From NCBI GenBank assembly GCA_002269645.1, contig NIVC01001402.1:124001-188000 (forward strand): 64,000 nucleotides of DNA, given 5' to 3'. The position numbers and the translations under genes are program-made. Under the pieces are notes generated by a model that saw only the letters and a list, made by a program, of their open reading frames with translations, ran no database searches and was not told where the DNA came from. Shown piece after piece: positions 55,125 to 64,000 of the stretch. Position 1 is the first letter of the stretch, and each line of letters opens with the position of its first letter. Source of the stretch: Macrostomum lignano. Lineage: Eukaryota.

Positions 55125-57169
55125 ATGCGTGGAAAGCCTGAGGCGATGCTGAATAAATTCAGTCTCGCTCTGCTTCTGCCGCTGCTGCTGCTGCAGCTCC
55201 TGACTTCTGCGGCAGCTCAGAGCAGCCTGAAGCGCAGTGTCTTCTTGAATGAGCATCGGCTCTACCAGGACTTTGTGCCCCTCTCGGCGGCCAACCTCAG
55301 CAGCGCAGCAATGCAAGACGAGCAGGCCTGGGTTCTCTACGTGCACGACGGCTTCTTGGACCCGGAGGTCAAGCGGCTGGCGGGCGAGTGGCGCGGACTC
55401 GTGCGGTTCGGAATGCTCGACGTTGGAGACAAGGAGGCGCTCAGCATGCTGGTACCTGAGGGAGGGGTGCTCAGCATGCTGGTACCTGAGGGAGGGGTGC
55501 TCAGTTTGCTGGTACCTGAGGGGGGGGGTGCTCAGCATGCTGGTACCTGAGGGAGGGAATGTATTAGTAAAAGCAAAATATTCGTATAAATTTCCCGATA
55601 CCATCTGCAGAAATTTGACCCCAGCCGTAACTTTTTCCGGTCGCTGCCCTTCGGCTGGGAGACCCGGAAGCAACAGAAATTTCTGGACACCGATGGCTTC
55701 AGAGCGGCGCTGGAGCACGCGGCCGCCTCCGTGCCGGACGACTTTCTGACGGTTCTGAATTCCGAGAAGGACACAAAGACCCTGCTGTCAGAGGCAATCG
55801 CCTCCAAGCCATCAAGATTCACCGTGCTGTTCACCGTTAGTGAGTGCTAGCCCTTGAGCCCATGAGAGACTGGACTGGACTGACAGGAGAGGGGACGGGA
55901 CGGGAGAAGGGGTATTGGCGACGGTAGAAGGGGCATTGGGGACGGTAGAAGGGGTATTGGGGACGGTAGAAGGGATATTGGGGACGGGAGAATGGGGTAT
56001 TGGGGACGGGAGAAGAGGTATTGGCGACGGGAGAAGGGGTATTGGGGACGGGAGAAGGGGTATTGCGGACGGGAGAAGAGGTATTGGCGACGGGAGAAGG
56101 GGTATTGGGGACGGTAGAAGGAGTATTGGGGACGGGAGAATCGGTATTGGGGACGGGAGAAGGGGTATTGCGGACGGGAGAAGAGGTATTGGCGACGGGA
56201 GAAGGGGTATTGGGGACGGTAGAAGGGGTATTGGCGACGGGAGAATGGGTATTGGGGACGGGAGAAGGGGTATTGGGGACGGTAGAAGGGGTATTGGCGA
56301 CGGGAGAAGAGGTATTGGCGACGGGAGAATGGGTATTGGGGACGGTAGAAGGAGTATTGGGGACGGGAGAATGGGTATTGGGGACGGGAGAAGGGGTATT
56401 GCGGACGGGAGAAGAGGTATTGGCGACGGGAGAAGGGGTATTGGGGACGGTAGAAGGGGTATTGGCGACGGGAGAATGGGTATTGGGGACGGGAGAATGG
56501 GTATTGGGGACGGGAGAAGGGGTATTGGGGACGGTAGAAGGGGTATTGGGGACGGGAGAAGGGGTATTGCGGACGGGAGAATGGGTATTGGCGACGGGAG
56601 AAGGGGTATTGGCGACGGGAGAGGGTATTACGGACGGGGAGATCAGCATTGAGGTCATCCGGCCGTCCTTCAGCATGCCTCAAATAAGATTCCCTCCTGG
56701 CAAAAGCCGGAACTTCTCCACTTAGCTCTTCAATAGCTTCAACCTTCAACCCCTCGCAGAGGACGACAAGCCGACCCTGCTGCACAAAGTGCTGTCCCGG
56801 AAGCTCATCCGGAACTTCAACTTCGCCCTGTTGCCGCAGGCCGACCAGCCGGACGCTCTTAAGTCCGCCGGGCTGACGGGGCTGACAGCGTCGGTGCCCG
56901 GCATGTCGGTGCTGATGGTGACGAAGTCGGGCAGCGTCCGCTCCAGTCGCATGACGGACGCTGCCACCAGCCAGGGCTACGTGGAGACCCTGCGCTTCCT
57001 GGTGGAGTTTAACAGGCAGTTCCGGCCCGAGCTTCCCGGCGATGCGCGGACAGGCGACCCGAATGTGCTGTACATGAGCGACATCCTGGATGCGGAGCGC
57101 ATCATCTTCGATGTTGAGGATGCGGCCGCCCCGACTGAGGGAGGCAAGGATTTGAAGGACGAGCTCTGA
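55125..57169 (+). CDS. ER-resident thioredoxin-fold (PDI-family-like) protein with signal peptide and C-terminal KDEL, about 321 aa; exons 55125-55451, 55611-55839, 56760-57169
   Basis: Signal peptide FSLALLLPLLLLQLLTSAAA. TRX-like WVLYV..EVKRLAGEWRGLVRFGMLDV; second TRX-like segment TVLFTVK.DKPTLLHKVLSRKL..NFNFA; ends DLKDEL*. Junction phases 0 and 1 both match; total 966 nt. Confidence 0.75.
55441..55556 (+). repeat. 30-bp repeat spanning a 5' splice site (TCAGCATGCTG|GTACCTGAGGGAGGGGTGC), 4 copies
   Basis: Donor copies at 55452, 55482, 55512 and 55543. Confidence 0.88.
55910..56635. repeat. 21-bp minisatellite (GGGGTATTGGGGACGGGAGAA) in intron 2 of the KDEL gene
   Basis: Visible tandem array. 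Confidence 0.95.
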
Positions 57170-57494
57170 GTCACCTGAGAAATATGAGTTACCGAATCTG
57201 GCAAACCATTAACCACTGATATTTATTCTATGCCGATGACTTGCTTGCTAGCTTGATGAGCCTCAGTATCCAATGTATTCGATGTGCCTTCGTTGTTGGT
57301 GAAGAAAAAGCTTGCAGCTGGAAACCACTGCAGAAAACTGAAGTATTGTGACTCAAGCTTTTCAAATTGGAGCTGATCGATAACGATTCTATTTGTTGTA
57401 CAGATGCGGATAGATATAGATGATTTATAGCTGTGGATAAACTATTTTCAGCTATAAATAGATTTATATTTACAGGTGTGAATAAGTGAAATAC

Positions 57495-58287
57495 AACTGT
57501 GGATACATGATTTACAGCTGTGGATACATGATTTACAGCTGTGGATGAATGATTTACAGCTGTGGATGGATGATTTACAGCTGTGTATGGATGATTTACA
57601 GCTGTGGATGGATGATTTACAGCTGTGGATGGATGATTTACAGCTGTGGATGGATGATTTACAGCTGTGGATGGATGATTTACAGCTGTGGATGGATGAT
57701 TTACAGCTGTGGATGGATGATTTACAGCTGTGGATGGATGATTTACAGCTGTGGATGGATGATTTACAGCTGTGGATGGATGATTTACAGCTGTGGATGG
57801 ATGATTTACAGCTGTGGATGGATGATTTACAGCTGTGGATACATCATTTACAGCTGTGGATACATCATTTACAGCTGTGGATACATCATTTACAGCTGTG
57901 AATACATGATTTACAGCTGTGGATGGATGATTTACAGCTGTGAATACATGATTTACAGCTGTGGATGGATGATTTACAGCTGTGGATGGATGATTTACAG
58001 CTGTGTATGGATGATTTACAGCTGTGGATGGATGATTTACAGCTGTGGATGGATGATTTACAGCTGTGGATGGATGATTTACAGCTGTGGATGGATGATT
58101 TACAGCTGTGGATGGATGATTTACAGCTGTGGATACATCATTTACAGCTGTGGATACATCATTTACAGCTGTGAATACATGATTTACAGCTGTGGATGGA
58201 TGATTTACAGCTGTGAATACATGATTTACAGCTGTGGATGGATGATTTACAGCTGTGGATGGATGATTTACAGCTGTGGATGGATGA
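57495..58287. repeat. 21-bp minisatellite (GATGATTTACAGCTGTGGATG)
   Basis: Period 57601 to 57622 = 21. Confidence 0.95.
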
Positions 58288-58809
58288 GCGACCATAGCGA
58301 CTTTCAGCAAAAAAGAATCGCATAAGAATGAAGAGTTCTAACAAATTCATGGCTCGCAAAAGCTGAGTTTGACTTCTCTGATGTGTATTGATGTGCACTG
58401 TTGGTTGAAAAGAATTAACAGCGGGACTTTAGCAACGAGCTCATCAGCTGAAAGCTACTATACTACGACGCACTTCAAGAAGACGAAGAGAAAACAAAAT
58501 GATAAAACATGATTATTGCAGGAGAATTCTTATGCGTAGCGCATGCTTGGCTAAATACTAAAATATTAAAATATTGTTTAAAAATTGCACACCAAGGAAA
58601 TCTGTTTGAAGTCGCGCGCAAAAATTACTGATGGCTTCAAAAATGACACAAAAAGCACCGCTTAAGCTCGGATTTGAGTCGAGCTGTGAGGAGTCAAAGG
58701 TTTTTTGAGTTTTTCCTACGAGTAGTTCGCAAATAAACTCCGATTTCTAGAGCACCACATGTTTTTGGAAGGCGCGAGCGCAGCATACTACTGACCAAAC
58801 TACTGACGC

Positions 58810-60481
58810 TTAGGCTGGCGAGTTCTCCGAGCGGAATTCCGCCAGCGACCAGTTGCTAGGGGAGGCCTTGCCGGATGACAGACAGCTGCTGCGGATTTCC
58901 TGTGGGTTGGGGATTCGGTGGGTGAGCACCGTTTACTATTTCTGTTGCATTCTATAATCCAGGGATTTACCTGTGGGATTCTGATATAATACACAGGGAT
59001 TCACCTGTGGGATTCTGATATAAAACACAGGGATTCACCTGTGGGATTCTGGTATAAAACACGGATTTTCAGTGGGGATTGTAATACAGTATAAAAACCC
59101 GGGATTTGCGGTGGGAATTTTTGCATACAAGCCAGGGAGACAACTATGGGGACTGTCAGGTAAAATCGGGAGATTTATCTGAAGGTATTTTACACAAAGC
59201 ACGGGGACTCAAGCTTGAGGGTTTGCAAGCTCAGTAACAGCTGGTTCAGCCAGCCAGACTCACCCCGCACTGCGCATCTCCGGGCAGCAGCTCGCAGGGA
59301 GTTTTTGTCCGCATGCGCCTGTTGGCGAACCACTTCTTCACCTGCGGGTAGCTCAGGCCGGTGAGCTCGGCCAGCCGGTGCGTGTCCGCGGTGCTGGGGT
59401 ACGGCTTCTGCCGGTGCTCGGAGAACCAGCCCTGCAGCTGGCTGTTCTGCACGTCTGTGAAATTCTGCCTCTGTGGCTTCGCGATCGTCTTCTGCTGCTG
59501 CTGCTTTGGGTGCCTGGCCTGCTGCTGCTGCTGCGGCTTCTGGGACATCGGCGACGCCGCATCTGCCAGCCGCTTCAGGCTGAGATCCAGGATGCCGCAG
59601 GCTGACTTGGAGGAAGCCGACGATGGCGAGTTCGTCGATGACGAGGCTGGCGGGATGCTGCAATCGGCGCTGCTCTGCGGATAAAGCTGCTGGCGTTGCG
59701 ACAGCAACGCGTCCTCGGCATCAGCGGCGTCGGCCGGCGGCTTCAGGCGGAGATCCAGAATGTCGGAGGCCGAGGCAGGCGAGACGGCTGGCGGGATGCA
59801 GGGCCTGGCGCCGGGCTGGAGAGTCGAAATTGGGCGATGGTCAAGAGCTGAATGGCTGAGGCGCTGGGGCGTGCGCTGTTTGGGCGAGAGAGCTGGCGGG
59901 CCTGGAGGAACGGGAGAATTGGCGGGCCTGAAGGAACGGGAGAACTGGCGGGCCTGGAGGAACGGGAGAACTGGAGAGCCTGAAGGAACAGGGCAGCTGG
60001 CGAGCCTGAAGGAAAAGGAGAGCTGGCGGGCCGGAAGGAACGGGAGAACTGGAGGGCCTGAAGGAACAGGGCAGCTGGCGGGCCTGAAGGAAAAGGAGAG
60101 CTGGCGGGCCGGAAGGAACGGGAGAACTGGAGGGCCTGAAGGAACAGGGCAGCTGGCGGGCCTGAAGGAACAGGGCAGCTGGCGGGCCTGAAGGAACAGG
60201 GCAGCTGGCGGGCCTGAAGGAACAGGGCAGCTGGCGGGCCTGAAGGAAAAGGAGAGCTGGCGGGCCTGAAGGAACAGGGAGCTGGTGAATACTTTCCTTA
60301 ATAAGATAAGATGCCCAGGTCAGTTTCCACCAGCTCCGTGTGTTCCTTCAGAACTCTATCAGAACTTGGGAACTGGTGAGCAGCTTGCTAAGTGAGATGA
60401 GGCGCCCAGGAGGCCAAGAGCTGCTCAGCTTGCACAAAGCCGGTGCATTTCAGAACTTACCTTTGCAGCCGACGAGTCCAT
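58810..60481 (-). CDS. Divergent TALE-class homeobox protein; exons 60481-60461 (tentative), 59815-59264, 58899-58810
   Basis: Homeodomain at about 59482-59294: RQNFTDVQNSQLQGWFSEHRQKPYPSTADTHRLAELTGLSYPQVKKWFANRRMR, with the TALE PYP loop. Donor GTGAGT (59263) and acceptor CCCACAG (58900) are phase 0 and lead to TAA at 58812-58810. The first exon (MDSSAAK|GTAAGT) is tentative. Confidence 0.85.
58962..59062. repeat. 34-bp repeat, 3 copies, in the homeobox intron
   Basis: GGGATT starts at 58962, 58996 and 59030. Confidence 0.85.
59895..60285. repeat. 24-26-bp minisatellite (CTGGCGGGCCTGAAGGAACAGGGCAG and variants)
   Basis: Visible tandem array in the upstream intron of the homeobox gene. Confidence 0.9.
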
Positions 60482-61399
60482 AAGCTTCGAAATTTTCTCG
60501 CTGGCAGCAGAGGCTGGTGACCGGATTCGCTCCTGCAGGATTTGGAAGAATTTTCAAAGTTATTCGCATATTGCTACTTGCATGGAGAATCGAAGTAGTT
60601 AGAGTAGAATAAGTCTTGTTGAATGAACAACAGGAAGCGCCAGTGAGCACCGAAGCAAAACAGAGAGAGCAGTGAATCAGCAGGGGGAGCAAGTGTCAAA
60701 GCAGGCCTCAGTGAAAAGCTAATGGGAGCCTGTGGTCTCAAATTTCAATTAGCCTGGCCCCGTCTCTACTCGAGTTGCACAGTCGGCAAACTGGGGCAGC
60801 AGGCTGCCAGGGTCAGCGAGATTTGTGAGAAGCTGCATGTAATCCATAAATATTATTATTATAAACTGCAGTGCGGTGTCGGGTGAAGGACCGCGCCGTC
60901 CCTGGGAGCTCAAATGGAGGAAATTCCGGGGCTGTTGGCGGTGTCCGCAAGCTGGGTCTCAGTGAGTTTTGAGGCGTCTCTAAGAGCGGAGCCATGATTT
61001 ATGCCGTGTCTGCCTGGGGTTTCCGCTACCGGTTGCTCCCGGTGCAAGTGCCTGCTGAATACCTGTTAGTGGGTCCAGCTCAACTTACGCTTGTCAATGA
61101 CTCAGGCTGGTAAGAATTGAAGGAGAAATATTTTGACTTGAGAGATGAGAGCACTGAGAAGGGGGCATAGCGTGGAATATGGAGTGAGAATTAGCCGAAT
61201 AAGCGCGCGACATTAGCGCAGATCGATGTGTGCACAGGTACAAGCGCGCATTTTACAGATAAAACGCCTTGTTCAACGCCTTGTTTTGCAGAACATGCCG
61301 GTACTCGTATGTGCGATGCCTGTGCAACCGAAATCTGTGCATTATTATGATTGATTGAATTTAAGCGATTATTGAGAACGCCAGTCCTGTGAAAGTGCC

Positions 61400-61570
61400 A
61401 GTTATATGCGCGCTTGTGCCAGTCCTATGCGCGATTGTGCCAGTCCTATGCGCGACTGTGCCAGTCCTATGCGCGATTGTGCTAGTCCTATGCGCGATTG
61501 TGCCAGTTCTATGCGCGATTGTGCCAGTCCTATGTGCGATTGTGCCAGTCCTATGCGCGATTGTGCCAGT
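61400..61570. repeat. 21-bp minisatellite (GTGCCAGTCCTATGCGCGATT), about 8 copies
   Basis: Visible tandem array. Confidence 0.92.
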
Positions 61571-62234
61571 CCACCAAGAAAAGTCGCCCAAGGTATACAG
61601 GAAAGCACGATACAAATCTGACATCAAAAGACACAAAACTGCGCCAGAGAAATATCTAGTATTGCTGAAGCAGAGCTGTGCAAGCTCAAGAGCCGTTCCG
61701 CGATCTCTGCATGCGCCATACGGCTGCAGAAGCAAGCGAAGTTGCAACTATCTGGCATGGCGTGATCGGTGAGAGCTGAGGACAGCAGCAGCAGCAGCAG
61801 CAGCAGCAGAGGGGCAGAGCAGAGAAGGCAGGCATGGCTGCTGGCTCCAGCGGAAACTGCATGGATTATAGATCAGTGTATAAACACAGCCACGGCCCCG
61901 GCTAAGCAGCACATAATTCTCTGCAGAGTTTAGTTTAGATATGGGCGAGTTGCACACCGAGAGCTGAACAAGTTTTAGACCGAAGTTCAGCCTTGAGCCC
62001 TGCAGCAGTGCGTGACTGAAAGCAGGCCTGCAGATTTCATGCACAGATGGGGCCTCACTCGGCCTGCATGGGGTGGCTTTGCGCAGATGCGAGCAGCACC
62101 GCAGATCGCACAGATATTTGGCGGCCTGAGCTGCACACAGCTGAGGCTTGATAGATGAGGCGGAGGCCCAGCTTTCGCAAGCTGTAAGCTAAACTTGCTG
62201 GAGTGCTGCGGCACTTGGCTGCGAAATTGAGAGC

Positions 62235-62575
62235 TTTGGTTCAGCTGAGTGAGAGTAGTTGAGAGTAGATCATGGCTCAGCTGAGTCAGAGTAGAGTATG
62301 GCTCAGCTGGGTAAGAGTAGATCATGGCTCAGCTGAGTCAGAGTAGACGAGTGAGACTAGATCATGGCTCAGCTGAGTGAGAGTAGATTATGGCTCAGCT
62401 ATTTGAGAGTAGATTGTGGCTCAGCTAATTGAGAGTAGATCATGGCTCAGCTGACTGAGATTCGCTGAGTGAGAGTAGATTGTGGCTCAGCTAATTTAGA
62501 GTAGATCATGGTTCAGCTGACTGAGATTAGCTGAGTGAGAGTAGATTGTGGCTCAGATAAGTGAGAGTAGAGTAG
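62235..62575. repeat. Degenerate 26-29-bp repeat with a CTCAGCTGAG core
   Basis: Repeated GGCTCAGCTGAGTGAGAGTAGA(TCAT). Confidence 0.85.
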
Positions 62576-62749
62576 GCTTAGCTGAGGCATGCAGGTTGAG
62601 AAGAACTGTCTGAGAACTCCTGCCTGCTGACTCACCGGCACGTGACTTTTCCGCTTTCTTGAGCCGGTGGGCGCCGGGCCGCCAAAATCAACGGGTCGAC
62701 AGCTGAGCTGACAGGCCGTCAACTGGGAGGCGACCTGCGGATGGATTCG

Positions 62750-64000
62750 GGCTGTGGATTCTGCAGGGGAAGCTGTGGATTCTATATGGGAGGCTGTGGA
62801 TTCTATATGGGAGGCTGTGGATTCTATATGGGAGGCTGTGGATTCTGCAGGGGAAGCTGTGGATTCTGCAGGGGAGGCTGTGGATTCTATATGGGAGGCT
62901 GTGGATTCTGCAGGGGAAGCTGTGGATTCTGCAGGGGAAGCTGTGGATTCTGCAGGGGAAGCTGTGGATTCTGCAGGGGAAGCTGTGGATTCTGCAGGGG
63001 AAGCTGTGGATTCTATATGGGAGGCTGTGGATTCTGCAGGGGAGGCTGTGGATTCTATATGGGAGGCTGTGGATTCTGCAGGGGAGGCTGTGGATTCTGC
63101 AGGGGAGGCTGTGGATTCTGCAGGGGAGGCTGTGGATTCTGCAGGGGAGGCTGTGGATTCTATATTGGAGGCTGTGAATTCTGCAGGGGAGGCTGTGGAT
63201 TCTGCAGGGGAGGCTGTGGATTCTGCAGGGGAAGCTGTGGATTCTGCAGGGGAAGCTGTGGATTCTGCAGGGAAGGCTGTGGATTCTGCAGGGGAGGCTG
63301 ATGGATTCTATATTGGAGGCTGTGGATTCTGTAAGAAAGGCTGTGGATTCTGTAGGGAAGGCTGTGGATTCTATATGGGAGGCTGTGGATTCTGCAGGGA
63401 AGGCTGTGGATTCTGTAGGGAAGGCTGTGGATTCTGTAGGAAATTCTGTGGATTCTATATGGGAGGCTGAGGATTCTGCAGGAGAGGCTGTGAATTCTGT
63501 ATGGGAGGCTGTGGATTCTGTAGGGAGGCTGTGGATTCTGTATGGGAGGCTGAGGATTCTGCAGGGAAGGCTGTGGATTCTGTATGGGAGGTTGTGGATT
63601 CTATATGGGAGGCTGTGGATTCTATATGGGAGGCTGTGGATTCTATATGGGAGGCTGTGGATTCTATATGGGAGGCTGTGGATTCTATATGGGAGGCTGT
63701 GGATTCTGTATGGGAGGCTGAGGATTCTGCAGGGAAGGCTGTGGATTCTGTATGGGAGGTTGTGGATTCTATATGGGAGGCTGTGGATTCTGTATGGGAG
63801 GTTGTGGATTCTGTATGGGAGGCTGTGGATTCTGTATGGGAGGTTGTGGATTCTGTATGGGAGGCTGTGGATTCTGTATGGGAGGTTGTGGATTCTGTAT
63901 GGGAGGTTGTGGATTCTGTATGGGAGGCTGTGGATTCTGTATGGGAGGTTGTGGATTCTGTATGGGAGGCTGTGGATTCTGTATGGGAGGTTGTGGATTC
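62750..64000. repeat. 21-bp minisatellite (GCTGTGGATTCTGCAGGGGAG / GCTGTGGATTCTATATGGGAG), running off the window end
   Basis: Visible tandem array with interspersed variants. Confidence 0.95.

Noticed and set aside
59895-60285. Array as a confirmed duplicated acceptor of the homeobox gene (phase-1 acceptor at 59902)
   Set aside because: A simpler phase-0 model (60461 to 59815) explains the gene, so the array may be purely intronic. Kept only as a weak example.
19099-62575. Palindromic hexamers or E-boxes (CAGCTG, AAGCTT, CTGCAG, GTGCAC) in many repeat units
   Set aside because: At about 1/64 per position, a 20-50-bp unit often contains one by chance.

Overview
Eukaryotic (metazoan) genomic DNA with spliceosomal introns. 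GC-rich exons, introns packed with private minisatellites and an ankyrin/Mab-21 gene suggest a Macrostomum-like flatworm; that assignment is inference only. In order: (1) a class A GPCR gene split in-frame by an apparently intact ~4.8 kb non-LTR retrotransposon (ORF1 plus APE-RT-RNaseH ORF2, 12-bp target-site duplication, (TAAG)3 tail); (2) a decayed antisense LINE fragment; (3) a two-exon gene fusing 9 ankyrin repeats to a Mab-21/cGAS-like nucleotidyltransferase with an intact catalytic triad, the best candidate for an undescribed innate-immune sensor; (4) a secreted PAN/apple plus ALK/LTK-type glycine-rich protein; (5) a muscarinic acetylcholine receptor with an N6.52S change, whose last splice acceptor is tandemly copied 15 times; (6) DDX31/DBP7 helicase; (7) a DIRAS GTPase; (8) a cysteine-free, KDEL-terminated thioredoxin-fold protein; (9) a divergent TALE homeobox gene. 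About 17 kb (roughly a quarter of the window, by my hand tally) is tandem repeat in more than 20 unrelated arrays, some of which straddle splice junctions. All exon structures were deduced by hand from GT-AG signals and reading-frame compatibility, without RNA data.
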